In this document: positions 7,169 to 17,823 of the stretch, in pieces
Layout: each line of letters starts with the position of its first letter
Position numbering within the stretch: position 1 is the stretch's first letter
Origin: Minisyncoccia bacterium
Lineage (GTDB): Bacteria; Patescibacteriota; Minisyncoccia; Phycocordibacterales; UBA918
Length of the DNA stretch: 64,000 nt
Assembly: GCA_964229335.1 (NCBI GenBank)
Contig: CAXRCZ010000004.1
Span: 96,001-160,000, forward strand
Reading direction: 5' to 3'
Translations under genes and position numbers: made by a program
Notes under the pieces: model-generated
Seen by the model: only the letters and a program-made list of their open reading frames with translations
What the model was told of the DNA's origin: nothing
The model's database searches: none

Positions 7169-9061
7169 TTACACTATTCGTTCGGGGTCAATTTCAATTT
7201 TGACGTACGGTGGGAGCTGTTTTACCCGAGTAAGTATCGCAGAATATTTTTCCTGTTCATCGGTACTAATTTTTATAAGCGCGTGACGAAGGACTTTTTG
7301 TTCATTCGAATGTGGGTTGGTATAAGACTCAAGATCTAAACTGTCTAAAAAAGGTTTGAGTTGAGTATCAGCCTTTTGGATGGTTGTTTTGTTGCCTGAC
7401 CATGACAAAAGGACAAAGCGAGAAAACGGCGGATACCCTAGCAATTGGCGTAGCCCTATCTCTTCATCGTAAAATTTTTCTATGGCACCTCGAGCCGCAT
7501 GGTCAATAAAAGTATCAGGTTCGCTTCGAGTTTGTGCCAAGACCTCTTTTTCAGAGATTTCCCGCAATCGCATGAGTAATCGGAATAGATGCGCATCTGC
7601 TTTCCAACTAGGAGTACTACGAGCGGCATCAAGTGATACGACTGCGCTCACATCAACTCCGCGGAATAAATATGGCAGCGCCATCTGAGTGCCGATCAAG
7701 ATTCCTGACTTCTGTTTATAAAAGGATTCGGCCAACTTTTCAGCTTTTTTCGGAGTAGTAGCTGTTGTACTATCCAAGATAGTAATTGGTGTATCGGGAT
7801 GGCTAGCTTGCCATTCATCGGCTATGTGTTGGATGCCGATGCCGCGCTCTCGTAGCCGCCATGAACCGCAGTCAGGGCAGACGTCTGCGGCTGGAACCTT
7901 TCTTCCAGATGTGCTTGATACAAACCAACGCTTTTCCTCTCCGTTTTTGTTGGTTTTCATGAGTGAGTATGGTGACCGAGAGTCAGGACAGCGAAAGATA
8001 TATCCGCAATCAATGCAAGCCACTACTGGCGCCAGGCCTCGTCTGGCTGCATAGAGAAATACATGTCCATTGCCTTCTAGTGTGCGCAAAATGGTACTGG
8101 TTAAGCGTGGTGAAAAAAGAGAAAACGGAACTTCCACTTGCGGCTTGTCCGACTGTTGAATCAACGTTAGCGGAGCAGGGAAAACCATCCTTTTTACCTC
8201 TTCACTATAGGTGGTGTATTTATCTTGTCGCCGCTCTACCTCATCCTCAGTGCTAGGGACTGTGTCACCTAAAATGATTTGGCACTTACGTACAGTGGCA
8301 TATAGCTTGAGTGCTTCTACCTGGTTGAGATATGGCCTGGTGCGACTATTATATTGGGGACTGGCTGACTGCTCGACAATGATGGTGGCGATATCAGCTC
8401 GCTCTACGTAGGCAAAGGAAGGGGTGGTCACAATCAAGACTGGATTACTGGCTGTCAGCAATGTCTTAAGCTGTTTGTCGTGGCGTTTTTTGCTTTGGAT
8501 ATTAGAGATAGTGACTACACGATCTTCGATACCTACAGATAGAGATTTAGCAGCGTGTATGACGTCGGTGGCAGTAGGCACTACAAAAAGAATAGAACCC
8601 TTTTGTGCAAATGTGCTTCTAATCTGGCTTTGATAACGAAGAAAGCGTTCATCAATACGAGCAGTCAAAATCTGCGGAGTACCGTCCATGTTGATTGCAG
8701 ATGGTTCGACTGGTGTAAATATTCTACCCCCGTTTCTGATGTCAGGTGGTAGTAACGAATACATTATGGCTCCAGGACTGACCGGGTATATAGCTGACAA
8801 CCGAGCAGCTGTGTCTCTCAAGTCCGCCGGAACTAGCGGTGGATTTTTTTGCACGGGAAGTTTGCGTAATCGGTAATGAGCGGATTTAAGGTCAGTTTTT
8901 TTCTCACTGACTGGCTTGCATTCAGTGACTATTCCAAACTGGTTCTTGCGGCGAATGGGGATAGTGAGCAAGCTACCAATTTCATACGGGATACTGGAAA
9001 AGTAAGACAAGGTTTCTAGTTGGGTGCCGCGAATGAGTGGAGTGACCTGAATTACCTGCAT
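7169..9061 (-). CDS. priA: Primosomal protein N' (PriA)-like, degenerate helicase motifs
   Basis: RRGLAPVVACIDCGYIFRCP, CPDCGS, GIGIQ, ILIGTQM, R..LGYPPF, IEIDP. Confidence 0.85.
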   Translation of the reverse strand: MQVIQVTPLIRGTQLETLSYFSSIPYEIGSLLTIPIRRKNQFGIVTECKPVSEKKTDLKSAHYRLRKLPVQKNPPLVPADLRDTAARLSAIYPVSPGAIMYSLLPPDIRNGGRIFTPVEPSAINMDGTPQILTARIDERFLRYQSQIRSTFAQKGSILFVVPTATDVIHAAKSLSVGIEDRVVTISNIQSKKRHDKQLKTLLTASNPVLIVTTPSFAYVERADIATIIVEQSASPQYNSRTRPYLNQVEALKLYATVRKCQIILGDTVPSTEDEVERRQDKYTTYSEEVKRMVFPAPLTLIQQSDKPQVEVPFSLFSPRLTSTILRTLEGNGHVFLYAARRGLAPVVACIDCGYIFRCPDSRSPYSLMKTNKNGEEKRWFVSSTSGRKVPAADVCPDCGSWRLRERGIGIQHIADEWQASHPDTPITILDSTTATTPKKAEKLAESFYKQKSGILIGTQMALPYLFRGVDVSAVVSLDAARSTPSWKADAHLFRLLMRLREISEKEVLAQTRSEPDTFIDHAARGAIEKFYDEEIGLRQLLGYPPFSRFVLLSWSGNKTTIQKADTQLKPFLDSLDLESYTNPHSNEQKVLRHALIKISTDEQEKYSAILTRVKQLPPYVKIEIDPERIV

Positions 9062-9144
9062 GGTTGAACATTATAGTAAATCTGGCTCTGCGGTGCCAAT
9101 TTCTAGTATTTTGGCATAAGAATCATTGCAGAAGGCAACAATAC

Positions 9145-10455
9145 CTATTCAAGATATGAAATGCTGGCACCGAGTGATTGAAGGCGAGCAACGAGGTTCT
9201 CATAGCCTCGATTGATGCTGTAGATATTGCGTAGAACTGAATGTCCTTCAGCACCCAGCATAGCAATTAAGAGAATGGTAGCAGGTCGCAGAGCTGGGGG
9301 ACAAATTAGTTCGGCCGGGCGAAGTTTGGTTGGTCCAGTAATAAAAATTCGATGTGGGTCAGCCAAAACTGTTTCAGCACCCAGCTTGTCTAGTTCAGTA
9401 AAGTAAATAGCTCTTTTTTCATACACCCAGTCATGAATGAGAGTTTGTCCATCGGCTTGGGTAGCAATAACCGCAAAAAAGGGTAAGTTGTCGATATTGA
9501 GTCCAGGGTATGGCCTGGCGTAGACTTTTTCGTGTAGCGAAACTAATTTTGAAGATGAGGTAGTAATATCGACAAGGCGAGTATGATTATTACCACTTAG
9601 ATAAGGTTCTGACTTTTTATATTGCAAGCCCATCTTTTCTAATTTTAGTAACTCTAGTTCCAAGAAATCAATCGGACAGTGGGTGATAGTGATGTCTGAT
9701 GATGTTACTACTGCAGCAGCTAGGAAGAACATAGTGTCAGTTGGATCTTCGGCCAAGGTGTATTCAACATCAGTATTGATTTCCTCCAAGCCAGTTACTG
9801 TTAAGGTGGTGGTGCCAATACCTTCAATCCTTACTCCTAGTTGTTGTAAGAAAAAGCATACTTCTTGCACCATGTAGTTGGCACTGGCGTATTTGATAAC
9901 AGTAGTTTCTGCTCTGGCAGCAGCCGCAAATAAAACATTTTCAGTGACTGTGTCGCCACTTTCGTAAAGAATAATTTCGGTCGGGGCTTTTCTATGAGTC
10001 TTAATTTCAAACGTTTCTTCGGTAGTGATGATATCGACGCCGAATGGCTCTAAGGCATAAAAGTGCGGCCGGACAGTGCGACTACCTAATTTACATCCAC
10101 CTGATTGAGGGAGCGAAAATTTTGCTAGATGGTGAATGAGCGGACCAATAAACATGACAATACTACGTGTCATCCTGGCCGCTCCAATATTAATATTATC
10201 TAGTGCAAAAGTGGTTGGTGGGGTGATAGAGAGGGTCGAATCATTCCATTGGATTTCTACACCAATGCTTTGCAGGACTTCAATAATACGATGCACCTCT
10301 TCAATCTTAGGTACGCGATGTAGAGTGGTTGTGCCTGAATTGAGTAGTGAGGCACACAATAGACCAACAGCGCCATTTTTACTGGTATTGGTTCTAATCT
10401 GACCGTGTAACTTTTTACCACCTTGTACTTCGATGTTTACGATTGGCTTATCCAT
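9145..10455 (-). CDS. murA: UDP-N-acetylglucosamine 1-carboxyvinyltransferase
   Basis: SKN, GGCKLGSR (catalytic Cys), PYPG, INRGYE. Confidence 0.95.
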   Translation of the reverse strand: MDKPIVNIEVQGGKKLHGQIRTNTSKNGAVGLLCASLLNSGTTTLHRVPKIEEVHRIIEVLQSIGVEIQWNDSTLSITPPTTFALDNINIGAARMTRSIVMFIGPLIHHLAKFSLPQSGGCKLGSRTVRPHFYALEPFGVDIITTEETFEIKTHRKAPTEIILYESGDTVTENVLFAAAARAETTVIKYASANYMVQEVCFFLQQLGVRIEGIGTTTLTVTGLEEINTDVEYTLAEDPTDTMFFLAAAVVTSSDITITHCPIDFLELELLKLEKMGLQYKKSEPYLSGNNHTRLVDITTSSSKLVSLHEKVYARPYPGLNIDNLPFFAVIATQADGQTLIHDWVYEKRAIYFTELDKLGAETVLADPHRIFITGPTKLRPAELICPPALRPATILLIAMLGAEGHSVLRNIYSINRGYENLVARLQSLGASISYLE

Positions 10456-10560
10456 ATGCGCTGGCTAGTATAACAGATGCTGGAGATTCACTTTAAATAT
10501 GGCTTACTATAGTAAATTATTGTGGATTTACCTGAATACGGTAGTATAGAGAAATTCTGT

Positions 10561-11574
10561 ATGTGGCCTAACTTAACTCCAAAAATCGGGATTGACCTTG
10601 GTACTACCAATATACTTGTGTTTGTTCCTGGGCAAGGAATTGTGCTCAATGAACCATCGGTAGTAGCTATTTCGGATGATAACAAAGTGTTGGCGGTGGG
10701 AAGCGAGGCCAAGCTCATGATTGGTCGAACCCCAGAAAATATTCGGGCATATCGTCCACTACGCTCAGGTGTAATTGCTGACTACCGAGTCACTGAAGCA
10801 ATGTTGAAGTACTTCTTGCGAAAAGCGCTCAACAAATACTCATTGTTTAGACCTGATGTAATGGTCTCGGTTCCAGCCGGCGTAACTTCAACCGAGCGTA
10901 GGGCAGTGGTTGAAGCCACAATCAAAGCTGGAGCCAAAAATGCGTACGTAGTTAAAGAACCAATCCTGGCAGCGATTGGAGCGGGAGTACCAATCTATGA
11001 ACCACAAGGCCATATGATTGTCGATATTGGAGGAGGAACTATTGATGTGGCGGTAATTTCTCTCGGAGGGATTGTAGCGGCTAACTCAGTTAAGTGTGCT
11101 GGAAATAGTATTGATGCCGCTATCATTGATTATGTAAAAAAGACTCGCAACCTATCGATTGGTGAAAAAACTGCCGAAGAAATAAAAATTACTATCGGTT
11201 CAGCATTGCGTTTGGAGGAAGAGTTGAGTATGGAAATTAAGGGTCGTGATGTAGTGAGCGGTTTACCTCGAACAACGGAAATCAAAAGTAACGAAGTGGT
11301 AAAGGCGATCGGGCAAGAATTGAAAGAAATGGTCCAAGCCATCAAAGAAGTGTTCCAGCAAACTCCACCAGAATTAGCGGCAGACATTATCGACGGAGGA
11401 ATAATTATGACTGGCGGAACGTCGCAGTTACGGAATTTTCCAGAATTAGTAAAGCGTCGAACAGGAGTAAAGGCGATGTTGGCTGATCAAGCGCTATTTT
11501 GTGTCGCTAATGGTACTGGGATTGCGCTCGAACATTTAGGTGTATATAAACGCGCCGTCCTCTCGAAGCGATAA
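10561..11574 (+). CDS. mreB: Rod shape-determining protein MreB (paralog 1)
   Basis: IGIDLGTTN, EPSVVA, DIGGGT, TPPELAADI, MTGG. Confidence 0.95.
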   Translation: MWPNLTPKIGIDLGTTNILVFVPGQGIVLNEPSVVAISDDNKVLAVGSEAKLMIGRTPENIRAYRPLRSGVIADYRVTEAMLKYFLRKALNKYSLFRPDVMVSVPAGVTSTERRAVVEATIKAGAKNAYVVKEPILAAIGAGVPIYEPQGHMIVDIGGGTIDVAVISLGGIVAANSVKCAGNSIDAAIIDYVKKTRNLSIGEKTAEEIKITIGSALRLEEELSMEIKGRDVVSGLPRTTEIKSNEVVKAIGQELKEMVQAIKEVFQQTPPELAADIIDGGIIMTGGTSQLRNFPELVKRRTGVKAMLADQALFCVANGTGIALEHLGVYKRAVLSKR

Positions 11575-11864
11575 ATTAAGCAATTTCTTTGTTGCGCTGC
11601 GGCAAATTATTATTCACCGTATAGTAAATACGTCTCATAATAATTTCCTTGCACGCCTGGAAATTGCAAAAATTTATAACATCGAAGGATTTTGCTCAAC
11701 GTCGAGAATCTACAAGATTCTCTAGCGTTTGGTATTTGGTACCACAGCATGTCTATGTGCCTCGAACTCGCATTAATTTATCGCTTCGAGTTAATTTTCC
11801 ACAGTGCTTCAGTTGTGGTTAAGCGGGCAAGGTTTTGTTTCACTTGCACGGTACAATGTAATGA

Positions 11865-14630
11865 ATGGAAGGGACTCCCAAACAATTTTCTTCACCCCAG
11901 GAAGAAATAGAATACTTGCGTCAGAGAATTGCTGAGCAAGAGCGAAGTGTGCTGGAAAAAGAACCTCAAGCTCGAGCTGAACAACTAGAACAAGTATCTC
12001 AGAAAGAAATGCGAGAGTATGCCTCATTCACGCCACAGTCAGTCTTAAATAAAGACTATGAAATGCCGACTCATGAGGTGTCTCATTCTGCTGAATCAGT
12101 CAACATATCGCATGATCCGGTAGAAGAGATTGTTACACTCGCTTTTGATAAAGGTATAAAAAATGCGCTTTCGGTCCTCGAGAAAAGTGACAATCCGTAC
12201 TTAATTGACGAAGTTCACAAGCAGCTAATCGAAAAAATTAGGGCCGGAGCAGTGATGGGGGATTTAAAGGAAGATGTGCCACCATGGCACGTACTCCACA
12301 TGACCCTTTTTGAAGTTACTTTGCCACAGTTTTCTTCGGCTGATGAAGCTGCTCGAGAACTTCCAATGTTGGTAGGGATGATGGAGCAGCTGCTGAGAGG
12401 TCTGGAAAGTGTAGGTTCAGCCAAGGAGAACACTCATTTTGTGATTGAGCTTGCGGTTGATAACAAAACGTATGACATCATTTTCTACATAGCAGTTCCA
12501 AACGAATACGTCATGCTTTTTGAAAAGCAGACCTTGTCCATCTTCCCGCAGGCAGTGCTAACTATTCAACCGCATGATTACAATATTTTTAGTCAGACTG
12601 GAAGTGTTGCTGCAGCTGAAATAACCCTGCGCCGTCACCCAATCTACCCACTGAAGTCTGCCGAGTCATTTGCCACCGATCCTTTACAGGTAATTCTGAA
12701 TGCCTTCTCAAAATTAGAGCAAGCAGATGAGGGGGCGGCATTACAATTTGTTATTCGCTATCCAAAATCAAATCATCGCGCTACGTACGAAAATATAATT
12801 AAGGATATAGAACGAGGACATTCACCAAAAGAAGCAATCGAACGTAGTACCTTCGTCGGTGGGGTAAAGGAGATAGTTGGAGAATTATTTTCTAGTTCAA
12901 AGAGTGCTACTGACAAAAAGGAAGATGCTGGTGAAAAAAAAACTCATTCTGAGACAATCGAACTATTCAAGAAGAAAATCGCGCGCGATATCGTCGAAGT
13001 AAATATTAGAGTACTGGTCTCTACTAAAAGTGAGAGTCGAGACGAACAAATCTTAAAGGAATTGGAATCTGCTTTCCACCAGTTTGATGAACTTGAAGGT
13101 AACGATATTCAGCTCAAAAGAGTTAAAGGTACTTCGCTGCGTCAGATAAAAAAAGCTTTCTCATTTAGGGAATTTAACCGGCACACTGCTATACCGCTCT
13201 CATTGAGTGAGCTAGCGACGATGATTCACTTTCCTGAAAGTGGCGGTGCGGCTGCGCCACAATTCAAACAATCCAGCGCAAAGAGCGCAGCCGCACCAAC
13301 TTCAATGCCAACAGAAGGAACTCTGCTTGGTGTAAATAGTCATCGTAATGTAGAGCGCGAAATATACATCTCAAAAGAAGATCGGTTACGACACTTTTAT
13401 ATTATCGGTCAGACCGGTACCGGTAAAACTACCTTGATGAAGAATATGATTATTCAAGACATCGAACACGGTGATGGTGTCTGTATGATTGATCCACATG
13501 GTACGGACATTGACGATGTGTTAGGGGCAGTGCCGCCACATCGTGAGCAGGATGTTATTTATTTTGACCCTTCGAATCTAGATCCTTCAGTCGGACTTAA
13601 CATGCTGGAGTATGATCCACAAAAACCAGAACAAAAGACGTTTGTTGTAAACGAACTACTTTCTATCTTTCAAAAATTATACGGTGCAAATCCAGAGAGT
13701 ATGGGACCAATGTTCGAACAGTACTTCCGCAACGCAACTATGCTGGTGATGGAGGATCCAGATAGTGGTAACACGTTAATGGATATTTCACGAGTGTTTT
13801 CAGATGCTCGCTTCCGACGTGAAAAGCTGGCCAAAGCTACCAATCCGGTGGTGGTGCAATTCTGGAAAGAAATAGCCACCAAAGCTGGTGGCGAAGCATC
13901 GTTGGAAAACATCGTTCCGTATATCGTGTCTAAGTTTGATGTATTTACAGCCAATGATTACCTGCGTCCAATCATTGGTCAGCAACACAGTGCTTTCAAT
14001 TTCCGGCACATAATGGATGAGAAAAAAATACTGTTGGTTAATTTGGCAAAAGGGAGAATTGGAGAAATCAATGCCAATTTAATCGGTATGATATTCGTTG
14101 GAAAAATATTGATGGCAGCACTATCTCGAGTAGATGACCCGAGTAAAAGATTTGCGCCATTTTATCTTCATATGGATGAGTTCCAAAATGTGTCTACTAA
14201 TTCTATCTCAGCTATTTTGTCTGAAGCTCGAAAGTATAAACTAGGGCTAACCATAGCCCATCAGTTCATTGCCCAACTGTCCCCAGACATCAAAGATGCA
14301 GTTTTTGGTAACGTCGGATCAATGGCTACCTTTAGAGTTGGACCTGAGGACGCACAGTTCTTAGAGCAGCAATACTCACCAGTGTTTACTGATTCAGATT
14401 TAATGAATATTCCAAATCGTGAGGCGTATGTTCGGATGCTGGCTAATGGAATCCCAACATCAGCTTTTAGTATGCATACCGTTGCTCCTAAAGATACAGA
14501 TCCTAATCGCGTAGCCGCCCTCAAAGCTGCTAGCTTAGCTCGCTATGGTCGCTCACGGGTAGAGATAGAGGCTGAAATACAAGCCCGCTATAAAAAACCT
14601 GTCCCTCCAGTACCGCCACTTGGTGTGTAA
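11865..14630 (+). CDS. VirD4/TraG/HerA-like ATPase (type IV coupling-protein-like)
   Basis: RHFYIIGQTGTGKT Walker A, IDPHG, LHMDEFQN Walker B, SEARKY, AHQFIAQL, GNVGS. Confidence 0.88.
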   Translation: MEGTPKQFSSPQEEIEYLRQRIAEQERSVLEKEPQARAEQLEQVSQKEMREYASFTPQSVLNKDYEMPTHEVSHSAESVNISHDPVEEIVTLAFDKGIKNALSVLEKSDNPYLIDEVHKQLIEKIRAGAVMGDLKEDVPPWHVLHMTLFEVTLPQFSSADEAARELPMLVGMMEQLLRGLESVGSAKENTHFVIELAVDNKTYDIIFYIAVPNEYVMLFEKQTLSIFPQAVLTIQPHDYNIFSQTGSVAAAEITLRRHPIYPLKSAESFATDPLQVILNAFSKLEQADEGAALQFVIRYPKSNHRATYENIIKDIERGHSPKEAIERSTFVGGVKEIVGELFSSSKSATDKKEDAGEKKTHSETIELFKKKIARDIVEVNIRVLVSTKSESRDEQILKELESAFHQFDELEGNDIQLKRVKGTSLRQIKKAFSFREFNRHTAIPLSLSELATMIHFPESGGAAAPQFKQSSAKSAAAPTSMPTEGTLLGVNSHRNVEREIYISKEDRLRHFYIIGQTGTGKTTLMKNMIIQDIEHGDGVCMIDPHGTDIDDVLGAVPPHREQDVIYFDPSNLDPSVGLNMLEYDPQKPEQKTFVVNELLSIFQKLYGANPESMGPMFEQYFRNATMLVMEDPDSGNTLMDISRVFSDARFRREKLAKATNPVVVQFWKEIATKAGGEASLENIVPYIVSKFDVFTANDYLRPIIGQQHSAFNFRHIMDEKKILLVNLAKGRIGEINANLIGMIFVGKILMAALSRVDDPSKRFAPFYLHMDEFQNVSTNSISAILSEARKYKLGLTIAHQFIAQLSPDIKDAVFGNVGSMATFRVGPEDAQFLEQQYSPVFTDSDLMNIPNREAYVRMLANGIPTSAFSMHTVAPKDTDPNRVAALKAASLARYGRSRVEIEAEIQARYKKPVPPVPPLGV

Positions 14631-14641
14631 TAATATCTCGT

Positions 14642-15448
14642 ATGGAATCAGCTGTTAAAGACACTCTTAGAGAAATATCACTCGCTTCAGAAGCCGGTGT
14701 TTTAAATTTTCTTGAACATATTGGCCAAATGCATGGCGTAGTGGTAGAGCTGGCGGCTCAATTTGAAGGGGATGAAGAGGTAGATCGTTGGGTAGACTAC
14801 GCTAATTTGATGTATCAAAAATTAAAAGAGGAGCTACATACTGTACAAAGTCTGATAGCAGCAGAACAACCACTTTCAAAGCAAATTGTAAGTGATATTC
14901 AGCAAATTTATAATGAACTTACTCTAGCCAGAGACACCATTGCTTCTATAGAGCTAGAGGAGGTAGTCAGTGAGGTCTTAGAAGAGACTTCTCACACACC
15001 GGTAACAGTACCGGTGGTAACATCGCAGAATCCCTATAAACGACAGTTTTTGACTGCTGATATTACAAGTTACGAACCATACCAAGCGGTGTTAACCGAA
15101 CACTTTTCTTCACCAAAGGCTTTTGAATCTCACATGCGATACATCGTCAAAGATTTTGAAGAGCCATCAAAGTTAGACAAAGTGTTAAAAGTCAGGCAAG
15201 CGAGTATTTTCTATGAGCTTATCGGTGGCATGAGTTTACAAGAACTCGATGAGTTACTAGCTACACCGCGACAACAACTTCGAGACTTGCTGACTGAACA
15301 GAAGATGGATTACCGTTTGTTCGTGGAGTGGATTGATTTAATAGAGTTACTACGAGAAACACTTGCTGCTGAAGATTCAATGACAGTGAGTGAGTTACTA
15401 GCGATTGCTGAAATTGAAGGTCTGGCAGCAGAGAAAAGTACTACGTAA
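14642..15448 (+). CDS. Hypothetical helical protein
   Basis: 268-aa ORF directly downstream of the ATPase. Confidence 0.7.
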   Translation: MESAVKDTLREISLASEAGVLNFLEHIGQMHGVVVELAAQFEGDEEVDRWVDYANLMYQKLKEELHTVQSLIAAEQPLSKQIVSDIQQIYNELTLARDTIASIELEEVVSEVLEETSHTPVTVPVVTSQNPYKRQFLTADITSYEPYQAVLTEHFSSPKAFESHMRYIVKDFEEPSKLDKVLKVRQASIFYELIGGMSLQELDELLATPRQQLRDLLTEQKMDYRLFVEWIDLIELLRETLAAEDSMTVSELLAIAEIEGLAAEKSTT

Positions 15449-15511
15449 TTCACAGTCAGCTCAGCGTAACTACGCCATCGGGCTACTAGTAAGTGATATG
15501 ATGTAGGTATT

Positions 15512-17167
15512 ATGGTGAACAAAAGTTCTTTGCCAACAGATGGGCAGTCGGTCTTTGATTTGAATTCTGAAAAAGGAACTATGTTAGTGCTGGCAGCACT
15601 GCGAACTAGCGATGCTTCGGCTCAAGACAAAAATGAACTGCGAGACCTAGTCTTTTTATATAGTAATGGCGGGCGAGATGAGAGTGTAAAACTATCGCTC
15701 GAGAAAAAAATAGCGGATTTACAATTACAACCTCCAACCCCAACCAAGACAGAAGTCCCAACTCAAGCGAAACCACAACCGGTCATTGGTAGTATTCGAA
15801 ATGCCCCGACTTTTACTCCTACAACTCCTGTAAAATCTACACCGCCACAGCCAGTAGCACCGCCACCGGCTCCGGAGCCAGTTTCTACTCCAGTCACTCC
15901 ACCTCCAGCTCCCCCAGCACCAGAAGAACCTGCTCCAACCCCTGCACCACCAGCTCCAGAACCAACTCCAACTGACGCGATACCCAATGCAACTCCTAGC
16001 CCGCAACCAGCTACTGAGCAACCACAGTCAACACCACCACCAGCGTCTGCTGAATATCTAAATCGGATTAGAACTATCAAGTCAGCTATCAATCAAAAAG
16101 TAGGCAACCCAGTTAACCTAGTAGATCTTGATAATGAAATTGGTCGCGAGTACATGAACTCGCTGCTTGATGCGATGAAAAAACTTAATACTGGTGTTTC
16201 TCCAGTGGCGGCAATGGAGCGATTGGAAAAAGCCTATTCGCAGGTGGAGGCTTTACTGGAAGATAAAGAAGCGCCGTTGTCTCCTAAAGATACGAATGAA
16301 GCGGTTGATACAACTCGTACCACACAGTCCACACCAGCGCCTACACCTACGGCACAGTCTGAGTCGCAACCACCAGCAGTGCCACAACCGGTTGCCAAAG
16401 AATCGCAATCACCACCACCAGCTCCTGCTCCAGTTACTCCACCTCCAGAAAAACCAGCTCAAATCCCTGTACCACCAACTCCATCTGAGGTGAAAGCGTC
16501 AGATTCAGAAGCAGCTGTGGAGGCTAACCCAGTGCCTATCAATACAGCTACACCTGACCCTGTGCCAGTATCACCACTAGAGCCAACAACACCCGAACCG
16601 TCGACAGTTCCAAAATCAACCAAAACTCCACCAGTAGAATCTAGATGGGAATCTTACGAAAACACATCACTCACCACAGCGACAGACGACACTCCAACCC
16701 CATCACCTGAGTCTAGTCCGAGTCAGCCGGCTAGGAAACTTTCTTCACTCGCTGATCTCAAGAACACCACTACTGAAAGCAGTGTCCCTATTAGTTCTTC
16801 ACTCAAAACTGCACCACCACAGGTTGAACAGCTGCCGACTGATGATCCACTGAGAAGTAAAGAAGTAGATGAAGGGCTTGAACAGCTTCTAGAAGAATGG
16901 CCAATTTTCAAAAAAAGCGGTCTCTTTGGTACTGGTCCAAAAGGAAGAGAGCATCCATTATTTAAGAAAATTGCACCGCTGCAAATCCCTCTTCTACTAG
17001 CCGGTCGTTTTGAGGGGGCGACCCAAGAAATCCGTCAAAGCATCACTGATTACATGAATGGTTGGCGGTATGAGCAGGGCCTAATCTACGAACAAGGAGA
17101 AACATTTGAACACTACTTGCGACGTGTCATCCGTCACATTTTGGATTTGCAAAAGCCAAGAGTGTGA
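15512..17167 (+). CDS. Pro/Thr/Ser-rich protein with three folded islands
   Basis: Long PAP/PEP linkers separating helical domains; C-terminal GLEQLL.EW.IFKKSG.FGTGP.G..HPL. Confidence 0.75.
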   Translation: MVNKSSLPTDGQSVFDLNSEKGTMLVLAALRTSDASAQDKNELRDLVFLYSNGGRDESVKLSLEKKIADLQLQPPTPTKTEVPTQAKPQPVIGSIRNAPTFTPTTPVKSTPPQPVAPPPAPEPVSTPVTPPPAPPAPEEPAPTPAPPAPEPTPTDAIPNATPSPQPATEQPQSTPPPASAEYLNRIRTIKSAINQKVGNPVNLVDLDNEIGREYMNSLLDAMKKLNTGVSPVAAMERLEKAYSQVEALLEDKEAPLSPKDTNEAVDTTRTTQSTPAPTPTAQSESQPPAVPQPVAKESQSPPPAPAPVTPPPEKPAQIPVPPTPSEVKASDSEAAVEANPVPINTATPDPVPVSPLEPTTPEPSTVPKSTKTPPVESRWESYENTSLTTATDDTPTPSPESSPSQPARKLSSLADLKNTTTESSVPISSSLKTAPPQVEQLPTDDPLRSKEVDEGLEQLLEEWPIFKKSGLFGTGPKGREHPLFKKIAPLQIPLLLAGRFEGATQEIRQSITDYMNGWRYEQGLIYEQGETFEHYLRRVIRHILDLQKPRV

Positions 17168-17180
17168 GATAATACCTGCA

Positions 17181-17795
17181 ATGAATGACCATCACGCGCT
17201 CTTGGTTGAAGTAAGCAATGTAGATAGTTGGCAAACTTTTCCAGAGTTTGATGACCTGCCACAAATTGAATGTAAAGAAACACAACTTGGCATCGGTAGT
17301 GTAAGAGAACTTATTGTAGCAGCGCATAGGAAGCCAACAGGTGAAGGGAGTGAACAGCTGATAGTGATTCGAACAGAATCGATTACCGAAGAAGCTCAAC
17401 ATGCCTTGCTTAAGATTGCTGAAGAGCCTCCTTCTGGAGCTCGCTTTATATTTGTGGTACCAATTGGCTACTATTTACTGCCCACTCTACAGTCAAGGTT
17501 GTACAAGGTGGCGGTGACTACCGAAGAAGTTCCCAAAGCTTCTTTTGCTGTATTTTGCGAAGCCAGTGTAGCTGATAGACTGACGCAGATTGACGAAGCG
17601 ATAAAGAGCAAAGATATGTCCTGGCAACGAGAAATAAAATCTGGCTTACTTCACTTTTTGCATGAACGAAAAGAGTCAATGGACAGTAATCGTCTGGCAT
17701 CACTTGAATACATTGTGAGAACTTTGCTTACCAGAGGGGCTTCAAATAAGTATTTATTAGAACATCTTGCGTTAGTCTTAGAACCTCGAAGATAA
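17181..17795 (+). CDS. holB: DNA polymerase III delta'-like subunit (short)
   Basis: IGSVREL, ITEEAQHALLKIAEEPP, LLPTLQSR; start reassigned to 17181. Confidence 0.75.
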   Translation: MNDHHALLVEVSNVDSWQTFPEFDDLPQIECKETQLGIGSVRELIVAAHRKPTGEGSEQLIVIRTESITEEAQHALLKIAEEPPSGARFIFVVPIGYYLLPTLQSRLYKVAVTTEEVPKASFAVFCEASVADRLTQIDEAIKSKDMSWQREIKSGLLHFLHERKESMDSNRLASLEYIVRTLLTRGASNKYLLEHLALVLEPRR

Positions 17796-17823
17796 CAGGA
17801 GTAGATGGTACACTATAAATCAT

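Noticed and set aside
11575-11864. Short ORFs and a weak inverted repeat (ctcgaa/ttcgag) in the mreB-ATPase intergenic region
   Set aside because: No recognisable protein motif or convincing extended structure
15725-16493. Overlapping Gly/Trp-rich or His/Gln-rich ORFs
   Set aside because: Shadow frames of the Pro-rich gene 15512-17167
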